DNA from: an uncultured Saprospiraceae bacterium
Lineage (GTDB): Bacteria; Bacteroidota; Bacteroidia; Chitinophagales; Saprospiraceae
Direction: 5' to 3'
Assembly: GCA_964632995.1 (NCBI GenBank)
Contig: CAZWDL010000002.1
Span: 69,730 to 133,729 of the forward strand
Length of the DNA stretch: 64,000 nucleotides
Shown one piece after another: positions 47,513 to 57,153 of the stretch. Position 1 is the stretch's first letter. Each line of letters begins with the position of its first letter. The position numbers were made by a program, and so were the translations under genes. The notes beneath the pieces were generated by a model, which worked only from the letters and a program-made list of their open reading frames with translations, was not told where the DNA came from and did not search any database.

Positions 47513-48277
47513 ATGAACCAGGATAACGAAAAGCAAAAAAAGAAGCTTGCCAAAAAAGAATGGCTGCGTTATGCCCGGAAGCCGAATCCTGCCGAAGATC
47601 ATCCTTACCGCGATGCTTTTTCCCGGCGAGCCATCAAGGGCTTACAATATGTCAGGGACGAAGAAGATGCCCGTCGATCCTTACAACGCCTGGAATCCCG
47701 GGTGGAGCAACGGGTAAACGCAAAAAAAACAACTCCCCGCCTCGCATCATTTCTGATCAAAGTCGCCGCCGCCGTCTTGCTCTTACTCATTCCCTTTAGT
47801 ATCGTATGGTATGATGGCCGGCCTGAATCTTCACAGACCGCCTTTGAACGACACTTTTACCCCGTGACGAGTAACATCCCCCAGTCCGGTCCTTTACGCG
47901 AAGGTGCTGCGGAGGCCGAAACAGACCTGCTGCGACAAGCTATCCTCGATTACGAAAACGACTCTTTTGCTTCCGCAAATGAAAAATTTGTCCAATACCT
48001 TCAGACGGCTCCTGCTGATATCGACGTTCGCTTTTACTACGGAGTGTCTTTACTGGCCGAAGGTAGAGCTACGGCAGCTATTAATCAGCTGAAGCAGGTA
48101 CGCCGGCAGAGCAGTGTAGCCCCCTATCGGATTCCCGCGCAGTGGTACCTGGGGCTGGCTCACCTGAAACTGGGTCAGCAGGCTGAGGCGATCGCGCAAC
48201 TTAAGCCGCTTGCTAATCAGACAAAAAGCACGCATTACCGGGAAAAAGCAGAAGTGTTATTGCTGGACATCAACTGA
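47513..48277 (+). CDS. single-pass membrane protein with an extracytoplasmic TPR region; candidate anti-sigma or co-regulator
   Basis: Starts 5 nt after the sigma-factor stop. Basic N-terminus, TM helix FLIKVAAAVLLLLIPFSIVWY, then TPR-like repeats. Confidence 0.55.
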   Translation: MNQDNEKQKKKLAKKEWLRYARKPNPAEDHPYRDAFSRRAIKGLQYVRDEEDARRSLQRLESRVEQRVNAKKTTPRLASFLIKVAAAVLLLLIPFSIVWYDGRPESSQTAFERHFYPVTSNIPQSGPLREGAAEAETDLLRQAILDYENDSFASANEKFVQYLQTAPADIDVRFYYGVSLLAEGRATAAINQLKQVRRQSSVAPYRIPAQWYLGLAHLKLGQQAEAIAQLKPLANQTKSTHYREKAEVLLLDIN

Positions 48278-51200
48278 TGTTTTTTGCTTCGGGTCCGACG
48301 ACGCCACCAGAAAAAAAATCCGGATAGTAACAGCAGCAAACCCAGAGGCAAGGCAGGTAGGAAGGCCCGCGCCTCCTGCAACGCCACCGGGGCCGCATCG
48401 CCTGTATAAATGAATGGCGCCCAGTAATAAGGATGCAGTAGTAATTCATTTTCTTGCTCCAGATAGGAAAGTTTGGCTTTTTGTAAAGCCCGGTACTTCG
48501 CTTCCCCTGCCTCCAGATGCTCGTAGAAGCGAGCCATGAGTGCAGGCGTGGTTTTATCATTGACCGGCCACAGGCTCATCACCAGGTTAGGCGCACCGGC
48601 GTAAGCGAAGGCGCGGGCCAGACTGGCAATGCCCTCTCCCTCCTTGATCTTTCCGATGCCCGTATTGCAGGCACTCAGCACAATCAGTTCGGCCGGCAGG
48701 TGCATATTGTACAGCTCATAGGCGTGTAGAAAGCCATCCTCCTCTCCCGAGGTTTCCCTGGCAAAAACCAGCTTGGACAGGCTGGGAAACCGCTCATCAA
48801 TTAAGGTGTGGGTCGTGATGTGCAACAACCCGTACCGGTCTCCTTTCCTCTTCAGCCTGCTTTCCTGAGCACTTGCTCCAATCCAGACATCGCCGGCGAA
48901 GCGGTTTAACAAGCGGACTTCCTCCTCGCTGCCCCGCAAGGGCGCAAATTCATTGCGGTAGGGCCGCAGCGCTTCGCTGAAATCCGCCACCTCCGGAGCA
49001 ATACCGGCAAAGTCCGGAGCAATACCAAGCACGCGAACCGAATGATGCGCTGACTCCAAGCCCTGCCTCTCCAAAGCCAGGCTGGCCGAAAACAAATAAC
49101 GGATGGCGTGATTGCGCAGCACGTAATCAAGCTTTCGCTGATCGGGGAAATCCTCTGCTGGCGCCGCCTCGGCGAGCAGGGCTTCAAAAGGAATGTAGCC
49201 CAGCGCCCCATCGGGAACCACCATGATGTCTTTCCCTTCAATTATCGATGCTACCGGCTCCAGTAACAGGCGGTATAAGGAATGGCTCTTTTCGTAAAAA
49301 GCCGGTTCCTGCCGGACCAATGCCCGGCGGTACCCCTCTACCAGTTCTCCCAAGGGAGCAGGAAGCGCCACGCGCAGGAAGTCTCTGGATTCTTTTCCGA
49401 TAGCAAAGATGTACAGTGACTTCCCGGCCAGGAAATACTCTAGCAGTACTTCGTTTGGCCTTAACAGGTTCCTCTGTATATTGTCGGGTGTGGCGGTACT
49501 GAGATCGTGTTTCAGGTCGTAATAAGCCGGGTATTTCAGCTCGATCTGCCGAAGCAAAGCCTGCTGCTCCCGGCGCAGTTCGAATAAAATATTCTCCCAC
49601 TCGTTTATCTTGTTTTGTTCGACAGGGATGGCATCGCGAAACTGACGGACGCGGTTGGCGTAGAACTCGATATTTTGCAATAATTCCCGTTCTTTTTCCA
49701 CGACGGCCGCGGGGATGCCGTAAAAGGATTTGGCGTAGAGGTCGTGCATCTTTTCCAGAACGAGCAGGGACTTGGTTTTCTCCGCATAATGGAAAACTAA
49801 ATCCATATAGGCCTCATCCCCGCTTAGGCGATAAATCTCATACCCTGCCGCTACAGCCCCTGAATACAATTCGCGAGTATTTGCAGCCAGCAGTTCTTTG
49901 GATGTATTGTCCTGATAGTTCCGACGGGCGTAATCGATTAAGGAGTCCACCAACAGGTAACTATTCAAACTGTAAGACAGATCATTCTGGCTGCGATCCC
50001 GTTTCCCACGCAATTGCAGGAGTTGCGCCTTGAGCGACAACAGATCCAATACGATACTGGTATTCTGTATGGTATGCAAGGGAGGATTTTCAAATACCGA
50101 AGCGGGCCGGAAGTCATCGATGTCGTTCATGAGTGCTTCCTGCACGTAGTCCAGTGCTTCGTCGTAACGCTCCTGAGCCTGAAGCACACTGCCGAGCACG
50201 AGCTTGGAACTGGTATTGAGGCCACGCCGTCCGGTTTTGATGGCTACGGCCTTCCGTGCATACTGCTCGGCTTCCGCCAAACGCTGTATATACTGAAGCA
50301 TGAGGGCCTTGTAGTGATAGGCTACTTTTAAAAAGTAGGGATCGCTGTGCTCCGCCTTTTCCATGCGGTGGAGAACATCGTCGATGTATAAACCAGCCCT
50401 TTTCTCTTCACCACTATCAAAATGAACGCGTGCGATATTGAGCAGGGTGGAAAGGATTTCATCGTGGTATTCACCGTATAATTCCTCTCGTAAGGTAAGC
50501 GCCTGGCCTAGATAATGCAAAGCTTCGCTATAATCGCCCATATCGCTGTAAAGCACCCCCAGGTTATTCCAACCCTGAGCGGTTTCTGTTTTGCTTGTCG
50601 TCAGTTTAAGGGCCCGCCGCTGGTAGTCGATGGCCCGGGCATAATCTTCCTTGACGCCATAAGCATAACTCAGACTGAGAAAGGTGGAAGCGATGCCATC
50701 GGGATAGTCGATTACTTCGGCGATCTGCAGGCTGGTGTCAAAGTAAGCAATAGCCCGATCCCACTGTCCCCGCCGGCCGTAGGCCATCCCCAGGTTGTAA
50801 AAAGCGTCGGCGCCGCGCTCGCTTTGGCGACCGTTATACTGAAGTATATGGTCAAAAGCCCGGCGGTAATAAGCCATCTGCTTTCTGTAATCGCCTGCCT
50901 TGGAATAGAAGACGCCAATATTTTGCAGAATCATCGAATAAAAGTCCATGGTGTCGCGGGCCGGACAGGCAATGGCAACGGCTTCGCTTTTCAAGCCTCT
51001 CTGCAATGCTTTTTTGTAGCGGCCCTGCCCGTAAAGGACTTCTCCCAGCCACAGCTGGCAAAAAGCTGTATGATAGCAATCACCGATAGACTCGAAGTAA
51101 GGCAAGGCCTGGCGAAAGGCCTTCTCTGCCTCCTGGTAACGATAGGCCTTGATCAGGGAGTCTCCTCGCTGCAGGGCCGTCATGGCCTTCATTTTCAGAC

Positions 51201-51336
51201 TATCAGAGACTGGCAGCAGGGGCAGGCGGTTACGCAGCACAGTTCTATCTGTTCCTTTTTCTAAAAAGAGATCAGCGCCCATCACAGGCAATATCGTCGT
51301 GCAATACCAAAATAACAAGAGAGGGCCCCACCTCAT
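48235..51336 (-). CDS. TPR-repeat CHAT-domain (caspase-fold) protein with signal peptide and C-terminal TM anchor
   Basis: 1033 aa. N-terminal signal-like segment, multiple TPRs, and a CHAT His/Cys dyad context (LLHITTHTLID and LIVLSACNTGIGK). C-terminal hydrophobic helix LPLGLLLLLSGFFFWW followed by RRRTRSKK. Confidence 0.85.
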   Translation of the reverse strand: MRWGPLLLFWYCTTILPVMGADLFLEKGTDRTVLRNRLPLLPVSDSLKMKAMTALQRGDSLIKAYRYQEAEKAFRQALPYFESIGDCYHTAFCQLWLGEVLYGQGRYKKALQRGLKSEAVAIACPARDTMDFYSMILQNIGVFYSKAGDYRKQMAYYRRAFDHILQYNGRQSERGADAFYNLGMAYGRRGQWDRAIAYFDTSLQIAEVIDYPDGIASTFLSLSYAYGVKEDYARAIDYQRRALKLTTSKTETAQGWNNLGVLYSDMGDYSEALHYLGQALTLREELYGEYHDEILSTLLNIARVHFDSGEEKRAGLYIDDVLHRMEKAEHSDPYFLKVAYHYKALMLQYIQRLAEAEQYARKAVAIKTGRRGLNTSSKLVLGSVLQAQERYDEALDYVQEALMNDIDDFRPASVFENPPLHTIQNTSIVLDLLSLKAQLLQLRGKRDRSQNDLSYSLNSYLLVDSLIDYARRNYQDNTSKELLAANTRELYSGAVAAGYEIYRLSGDEAYMDLVFHYAEKTKSLLVLEKMHDLYAKSFYGIPAAVVEKERELLQNIEFYANRVRQFRDAIPVEQNKINEWENILFELRREQQALLRQIELKYPAYYDLKHDLSTATPDNIQRNLLRPNEVLLEYFLAGKSLYIFAIGKESRDFLRVALPAPLGELVEGYRRALVRQEPAFYEKSHSLYRLLLEPVASIIEGKDIMVVPDGALGYIPFEALLAEAAPAEDFPDQRKLDYVLRNHAIRYLFSASLALERQGLESAHHSVRVLGIAPDFAGIAPEVADFSEALRPYRNEFAPLRGSEEEVRLLNRFAGDVWIGASAQESRLKRKGDRYGLLHITTHTLIDERFPSLSKLVFARETSGEEDGFLHAYELYNMHLPAELIVLSACNTGIGKIKEGEGIASLARAFAYAGAPNLVMSLWPVNDKTTPALMARFYEHLEAGEAKYRALQKAKLSYLEQENELLLHPYYWAPFIYTGDAAPVALQEARAFLPALPLGLLLLLSGFFFWWRRRTRSKKHQLMSSNNTSAFSR

Positions 51337-51463
51337 AGATAGGAGTTTTGTGAAATACTTTTTCGCTCTGGTTCAAAAGATAGCAACTTTGGAGGGCCGG
51401 TACAAGGAAAGCAGGCTGCCTTTTTCTTATTTTGCCGCTTTATTTGCTTATTGGAAATGTTTT

Positions 51464-52312
51464 ATGTCTTCACTACGAGGAACCCCCCTGCACGAACTCC
51501 TTAACCTCCCTCTCTTCTGGCTGCACATGTCGCGTCAAGGAGCCCCGTCTCTTCCTCCCGAACGCATCCCCTACGGACCGCATCCCCGGCAGTATTTTCT
51601 CTTCTTCAAGCCACATCCGCAGGTCAGACAACGGGCGGAAACCGTGGTCTATCTGCACGGAGGAGGCTGGCTGTTTGGATCGCCGGAGGTCTTCACACCT
51701 CACGCGCGGGTATTCCTGGACGCCGGTTTTCCGGCCATATTCCCATCTTTCCGCCGAATCCCCTTTCACAATTTCAACGACATGCGTGAGGACCTGAACC
51801 GGCTGCTGACCCGGTTACACCGCTTGTGGAAGGAGGAAGGCTGGACCGGCCGGCGTCTTATAGCCGGCGGCATGTCCTCGGGCGGACACCTCGCGGCTCA
51901 TCTGGCACTAGACGGGTCTGCACTACAACAGTGCGGCTGGGAGGCTGCTGACATCGCCGGCCTTTTCTGTTGCGGCGCTCCCCTCGACCTGGACTGCATG
52001 CCGCTGACAGCTGTCGTACGCGCTATGGCCGGACCGCGTGATAGCGAGCAGTACCGAAAAGCGAACCCGGTTCTGCTGATTCGCAACCGAAAGAGCCCGC
52101 TTCCTCCTACCCTGTTGATTCACGGCGCTCACGACGGCCTGGTACCTATCGAAAGCGCACGAAGCTTCGCCGGGCAAACAGCTAATCTGCCGGATGTTCG
52201 CCTCCACTTTCACCTCATCCCGAACGGCAGTCATCTGGATGCAGCAAGCTGGGGCCACACAGAGAATGTAGTACGGAGGGAAATCCTGGGATGGATGTGC
52301 TTAATTCCTTGA
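51464..52312 (+). CDS. alpha/beta hydrolase (esterase/lipase-like)
   Basis: Oxyanion motif HGGGW, nucleophile elbow GMSSGG, and late HGAHDGLVP / GSH. ATG at 51464 preferred; the ORF-track extension from 51149 overlaps the CHAT gene. Confidence 0.8.
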   Translation: MSSLRGTPLHELLNLPLFWLHMSRQGAPSLPPERIPYGPHPRQYFLFFKPHPQVRQRAETVVYLHGGGWLFGSPEVFTPHARVFLDAGFPAIFPSFRRIPFHNFNDMREDLNRLLTRLHRLWKEEGWTGRRLIAGGMSSGGHLAAHLALDGSALQQCGWEAADIAGLFCCGAPLDLDCMPLTAVVRAMAGPRDSEQYRKANPVLLIRNRKSPLPPTLLIHGAHDGLVPIESARSFAGQTANLPDVRLHFHLIPNGSHLDAASWGHTENVVRREILGWMCLIP

Positions 52313-52333
52313 ATTCCCCTCGCGCGCTCTTTC

Positions 52334-53737
52334 CTATTTCTTCTCTCCTGTCTCCGCCCTGATGCTTTCCACCTCCTCTACCGTGGTAGGAATAGGTTCA
52401 CCCAGTATTTCATATCCATCCTCGGTAATGGTCACATTATCTTCGATGCGAACACCGCCAAACTCCAGGTAATCATCCAGCTTATCGTAATTGATAAAAT
52501 CACTGTGCCGCTGTTCGTCCTTCCACTGATCGATGAGTTCGGGGATGAAGTAGATGCCTGGCTCCACGGTGATGGTAAAGCCGGGTTGCAGCGCCTTGGC
52601 CAGGCGCAGGGCCGAGAGACCGAACTGCTCGCTGCGCTGCACATTTTCGGAGTAGCCGACGAGGTCTTCCCCCAGGTTTTCCATATCGTGCACATCCAGG
52701 CCGATCATGTGTCCCAATCCGTGTGGAAAAAACAGGGCGTGAGCGCCGGCTTTGACCGCTTCGGCGGGATCGCCTTTCATCAGGCCCAGCTCTTTCAGTC
52801 CTTCTGCTATTTTGCGGGAAGCCAGCAAATGGGCATCCAGAAAACGATAGCCCGGTTTCAGGGCCGCCAGGGCGGCCCGTAGCGCCCCGAGCACGATCTG
52901 GTAAATTTCTTTCTGCTGGGTATTGAAGGTTTTAGCAACCGGGAAAGTGCGCGTTATATCACCGGCGTAGTGCAAGCCGGTTTCAGCGCCGAAGTCCCCC
53001 AGCACCAGCCGTCCTTCGGCCAGCTTATTACCGTGGAAGTGATTGTGTAAGGTCTGGCCGTGGATAGTTAAGATGGCCGGATAAGACAAGCGTCCCCCCG
53101 CTGCTACCGCAATACCTTCTACAATGCCCGCCAGCCGGGCCTCCCGGATACCCGGGCGCGCGGCGCGCATCGCAGCCAGATGCATAGCACCGGAGATAGT
53201 CACCGCCTGTGCCATCTCCCGCTGCTCGGCAGCACTTTTGATGGAGCGTTGGCTGATGACAGCTTTGATCAAATCGAGCGAAGCGCCCGTTTTTATTTCT
53301 TCAATCGACTTTCCCAGCCACTGATGCAGTTTAATGATAGCATCGTGGCGATAAAGCGGAAGGTAATGGATCAGCCGTCCTTTTTCCAGGGCTGCTTTTA
53401 AATGATCTTCCAGGGTACTGTAGGGAGCCGTATTTTCGATGCCTGCATTGGCGGCCTGTCCTTCCAAGGAAGGCTGAGGCCCCGTCCAGACGACCATTTC
53501 GGTGCTTGCCTCTTCGCCAAACAGGGTTGTTTTTGCTTCCTCTACATCGATGAGAACTGCCAGATGTGGCCGGTCCAGCCCTGCGTAGTACAGGAAAGAA
53601 CTGTCTTGTCGAAAAGGGTAAATATTATCCATATAGTTCATTGGGCTCTCTTCATTTCCGAGCAGGAGAACGAGCCCGCTATCCAGTTGTTCCAGCAACT
53701 GTTTACGGCGCTGGGTGAAGGTGGCAATATCAAACAT
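52334..53737 (-). CDS. pepP: Xaa-Pro aminopeptidase (M24B)
   Basis: 467 aa. Motifs YAGDITRTFP, HGLGHMIGLDVHD, EPGIY and GGVRIEDN. Confidence 0.9.
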   Translation of the reverse strand: MFDIATFTQRRKQLLEQLDSGLVLLLGNEESPMNYMDNIYPFRQDSSFLYYAGLDRPHLAVLIDVEEAKTTLFGEEASTEMVVWTGPQPSLEGQAANAGIENTAPYSTLEDHLKAALEKGRLIHYLPLYRHDAIIKLHQWLGKSIEEIKTGASLDLIKAVISQRSIKSAAEQREMAQAVTISGAMHLAAMRAARPGIREARLAGIVEGIAVAAGGRLSYPAILTIHGQTLHNHFHGNKLAEGRLVLGDFGAETGLHYAGDITRTFPVAKTFNTQQKEIYQIVLGALRAALAALKPGYRFLDAHLLASRKIAEGLKELGLMKGDPAEAVKAGAHALFFPHGLGHMIGLDVHDMENLGEDLVGYSENVQRSEQFGLSALRLAKALQPGFTITVEPGIYFIPELIDQWKDEQRHSDFINYDKLDDYLEFGGVRIEDNVTITEDGYEILGEPIPTTVEEVESIRAETGEKK

Positions 53738-53907
53738 GGGTAAGGTTTAAGGCTTTTTGAGATATCAGCTGTCGGAGACAAGGCCGGCTAATGTTCACCA
53801 TTACTTTCAGTCTGGCACCTGGCATCCTGCCTCTCTACAGGCTGAAGCGATGAGAAGCAGCTTCTGATATCAGAATAAGTAGGTTCGATTATCTGATGAC
53901 ACTTTTT

Positions 53908-54504
53908 TTACTGTTCGTCCTTCCGGCGCTGCATCTCGTCGCGGATTTCGGCGGCGCGTTCGTAGTTTTCCTCGCTGAGCGCCATGTCGAGGAACTGTTT
54001 CAACTCATTACCATCGTATTCACTTAGCGGTTTACCGGGTTGCGGCCGGGTAGCCGGTTTTTTTTCTGTCTGTGCAGGTTCGCCAGCCTCCTGATCCCAG
54101 TCGACCCCGGCCTTATCCATAACGGAAGGATAAGTGTAAATCGGGCAACTGAAGCGCACAGCCAGCGCCAGCGCATCGGAAGTGCGGGAATCCAGCTCGA
54201 CGGTGCGGCCATCGGATATTTCGCAAATCAGGGTTGCAAAGAAAATTCCCTGCTTCAGGTCAGAAATGACGATCTCTTTCAACTCCACGCCGATTTGTTG
54301 CAGCGTATTGCGAAAGAGGTCGTGAGTCAATGGCCGGTTAGGGCGAATCCCTTCGACTGCTAAGGCGATAGCCTGAGCTTCAAAACCACCGATGACTATC
54401 GGCAGGCGACGCAGGCCTTCTTCCTCCTTGAGCAGGACGATAAAGCTATTACTCTGCGTTTCACTTTGCGCAAGGGCAACTATACTTAACTCTAATTTTT
54501 CCAT
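53908..54504 (-). CDS. bifunctional nuclease (BFN/DUF151) family protein with a C-terminal UVR motif
   Basis: RRLPIVIGGFEAQAIALAVEGIRPNRPLTHDL and a C-terminal UVR-like segment LSEENYERAAEIRDEMQRR. Confidence 0.85.
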   Translation of the reverse strand: MEKLELSIVALAQSETQSNSFIVLLKEEEGLRRLPIVIGGFEAQAIALAVEGIRPNRPLTHDLFRNTLQQIGVELKEIVISDLKQGIFFATLICEISDGRTVELDSRTSDALALAVRFSCPIYTYPSVMDKAGVDWDQEAGEPAQTEKKPATRPQPGKPLSEYDGNELKQFLDMALSEENYERAAEIRDEMQRRKDEQ

Positions 54505-54711
54505 TAAGGAAGGACATTAATCGATGAAAAAATGAACATTGTATGGCGAATGCCGGGAGGACAGCAGAAGCCTATTTGTAGTTCTCCAACAAATCGCCGC
54601 TAAACTTCGTTTTGTCAGGCTCCGAAAAAATACTAAATGAACCGGAAAGACGGAAGGTAATGACAGAATTCATTTGGTAAAGCTTTTTTCTTTTGGTCAG
54701 GCATATTGTCT

Positions 54712-57153
54712 TTATCCATCTTTTCCCGAAAGGGGGATGATCTTGCTGCCTGGAACCGCCTTGGGTAGTGACATCCCCTCTTTATTCAATTCATAAATCA
54801 ATTGTCCGAAAGAAACGCTTTCATCATTGGGCGAAAGTTGCTTGTGGAAATGCAACTTGCATTTCCCTTCGAAAGAAACTGTCAGCATATCGCAGAGGAC
54901 GGCATTCTGAAAAACGCCGCCGCTGCAACAAACGGTCTCCACACCAAGCATATCGGCCATTTCTACTGCTACCGCGGCCAGGGTAGCATGAAACCGCGCG
55001 GCGACAATTGCCGGCTCCATGCCGCTTTTCACAGCTTCCTGCAGGCGACGCATCAGTGCTTTGGCATCTATCTGGTAATTGCTTACAAGCAACCCGGCCG
55101 TCCTGAAAGGTTCGACACTTTCCAGTCCTGCCCGGAGGATGTAGCCGGCGGCCAGCCTCTCCAGACGCATGGCTGCCTGCCCCTCGTATGAAGCACGATC
55201 GGTCAGATCCAGCAATGATGCTACTCCGTCAAACAAGCGACCAATGCTGGATGTTTGCAAAACTTTTTCCCGCCGCAGCATTTGCTGATATACCTTCCAC
55301 TCGGTTGTGCTAAACTTTGGCCTCAGCCATTCCTCCGCTCCCTCCAGGTCGTGGGCCAGGGCCAGTGCTGAGATACGTGGTTCGCGCGGCATCTTATCGC
55401 CAAGCAGAAAATTGAAGTAGCTCAGGTGCCCCACCCGGCTGAATTGCCGGTCCTGATACAGGAACTGCTCGCCGCCCCAGACGTGACCGTCATCGCCAAA
55501 ACCCGTACCGTCCCAGATAAGACCAAGGATCGGACTGCTGCTGTCCAGCAATTGCTGCTCGCCCAGCAGGGCAGCAAAGTGAGCCAGGTGGTGCTGAACT
55601 TCCAGCACCGGCGCCTGCCAGTATTCCGCCAGCTCTCGACCGAGCTGGGTGGCAAAGTACCCCGGATGCTTGTCGACGATCACCAGCTCCGGCCGGGCGT
55701 CAAGGAGTTGTAACAAATGATCCAGCGTGTGACGGAAATTTCGCTGGGTATCGTAACTGTCCAGATCGCCCAGATACTGGCTGATATAAGTATTGCGCTG
55801 GTGCAGCAGTGTAAAGCTGCTTTTTAGCTCAGCGCCCATTGCCAGCAGGCAGCCGGCAGGCAGCTTCAGGTCGGGCTGTATGAAGGTAGGGGTCAGTCCG
55901 CGGGAGCGCCGCAACAGAATACGTTGCTGCTTAAAGCTGCTAAAGCGTATCACCGAGTCATCCTGCGGCATCCGGATGATCCGGTCATTGCTCAGGATAA
56001 ACCCAGCCAGCGCTGGCAGCTCCTCCAACGCTTTATCATCATCAAAAATAATAGGCGAACCGCTGAGATTACCGCTGGTCGCAACGATGGGCCGGTCCAG
56101 CGCCTGCAGCATCAATTCAAACAGTGGCGCATAGGGCAGCATCACTCCGATCTGCCCCAAGCCCGGTGCCAGCTCCTCCACTACAATGCCGGAGGCCGGC
56201 GCCGGTTTCAGGTCGAGCAATACAATAGGCGCTGCCGTACTGCGCAAGGCTTTCTCTTCCAGCTCGCGCAGCACCACATCTCCGCGCAACTGCTCCACCC
56301 CGGGATACATCAGGGCAAAGGGCTTATCCGGTCTGGTTTTCCTCTCCCGCAGACGCCGGATAGCGCCGGCATTAGTAGCATCACAGCACAGCAAATACCC
56401 TCCGATGCCCTTGACAGCTACGATTTCGCCGGCCCGGACCGCTTCTGCCGACTGTTGGATACAATGATCGTAAGAGGACGAAAGCAACTGCCTCTGCGCC
56501 GTGTACAGCGTCAGCCTTACGCCGCAGTCGGCGCAGGAGTTGGTCTGGGAATAGTAGCGCCGGTCGAACACCTCCTCGTATTCCCGCTTGCAGGCCGGAC
56601 ACATGGCAAATGCCGCCATTGTAGTGCGCTCGCGGTCATAAGGCAGCGCCTCAATGATCGAGTAGCGTGGGCCGCAGAGGGTACAGGTGATAAAAGGATA
56701 GTGAAACCGCCGGTCGGCTGGGTCCAAAAGCTCCGCCCGGCAGGCATCACAAAGCGCGAAATCAGGGCTTAGCAGCAACCGGGGTTCGCCCCGCTGCTCA
56801 CTGTGTACAATCTGGAAATCATCGTAAATCACCTGCTCCGCCTCCCACATGTGATGCGCTGTTATCCTGGCCAGGGAAGGCGCCAGCCGAATAATATCTT
56901 CATAAAAGGCAAGCGCCTTTACACTGTCGGCATTGAACTCAATATGTACTCCGTCGACGGTGTTATTTACCCATCCCTTCAACTCCATCTGCCGGGCCAG
57001 TTTATACACGAATGGCCGGAAGCCGACACCCTGAACCTGGCCTTCTATGTGAATGTGATAGGTGTGCACGGTTGAACTGATTTCGGTTAATCGGATGCTG
57101 TTGAGGGAGGTCCTGCCGGTATTCCCCGGTAATTTGATATGGTCTTCTATCAA
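54712..57153 (-). CDS. hypF: carbamoyltransferase HypF (acylphosphatase + 2 zinc fingers + YrdC-like + Kae1-like domains)
   Basis: IEGQVQGVGFRPFVYKLA (acylphosphatase). Two CxxC-x18-CxxC fingers (CDACRAEL...CTLCGPRY and CPACKREY...CADCGVRL). VKGIGGYLLCCDATN (YrdC-like). The start is uncertain: TTG at 57153 overlaps the upstream stop, while GTG at 57069 gives a more typical N-terminus. Confidence 0.9.
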   Translation of the reverse strand: MIEDHIKLPGNTGRTSLNSIRLTEISSTVHTYHIHIEGQVQGVGFRPFVYKLARQMELKGWVNNTVDGVHIEFNADSVKALAFYEDIIRLAPSLARITAHHMWEAEQVIYDDFQIVHSEQRGEPRLLLSPDFALCDACRAELLDPADRRFHYPFITCTLCGPRYSIIEALPYDRERTTMAAFAMCPACKREYEEVFDRRYYSQTNSCADCGVRLTLYTAQRQLLSSSYDHCIQQSAEAVRAGEIVAVKGIGGYLLCCDATNAGAIRRLRERKTRPDKPFALMYPGVEQLRGDVVLRELEEKALRSTAAPIVLLDLKPAPASGIVVEELAPGLGQIGVMLPYAPLFELMLQALDRPIVATSGNLSGSPIIFDDDKALEELPALAGFILSNDRIIRMPQDDSVIRFSSFKQQRILLRRSRGLTPTFIQPDLKLPAGCLLAMGAELKSSFTLLHQRNTYISQYLGDLDSYDTQRNFRHTLDHLLQLLDARPELVIVDKHPGYFATQLGRELAEYWQAPVLEVQHHLAHFAALLGEQQLLDSSSPILGLIWDGTGFGDDGHVWGGEQFLYQDRQFSRVGHLSYFNFLLGDKMPREPRISALALAHDLEGAEEWLRPKFSTTEWKVYQQMLRREKVLQTSSIGRLFDGVASLLDLTDRASYEGQAAMRLERLAAGYILRAGLESVEPFRTAGLLVSNYQIDAKALMRRLQEAVKSGMEPAIVAARFHATLAAVAVEMADMLGVETVCCSGGVFQNAVLCDMLTVSFEGKCKLHFHKQLSPNDESVSFGQLIYELNKEGMSLPKAVPGSKIIPLSGKDG

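Noticed and set aside
53811-53830. TGGCAC-containing sequence (TCTGGCACCTGGCATCCTGCC), considered as a sigma-54 -24/-12 promoter.
   Set aside because: The -12 element TTGC[AT] is absent at the required 5-nt spacing (ATCC is found instead), and no enhancer-binding-protein gene is nearby.
53882-53890. GGTTCGA-type T-loop-like strings (53882 region, and 3963-3970), checked as possible tRNA fragments.
   Set aside because: The flanks do not form a T-stem, and no acceptor or anticodon arms can be drawn. I found no tRNA, rRNA or tmRNA structure in any intergenic region inspected by eye.
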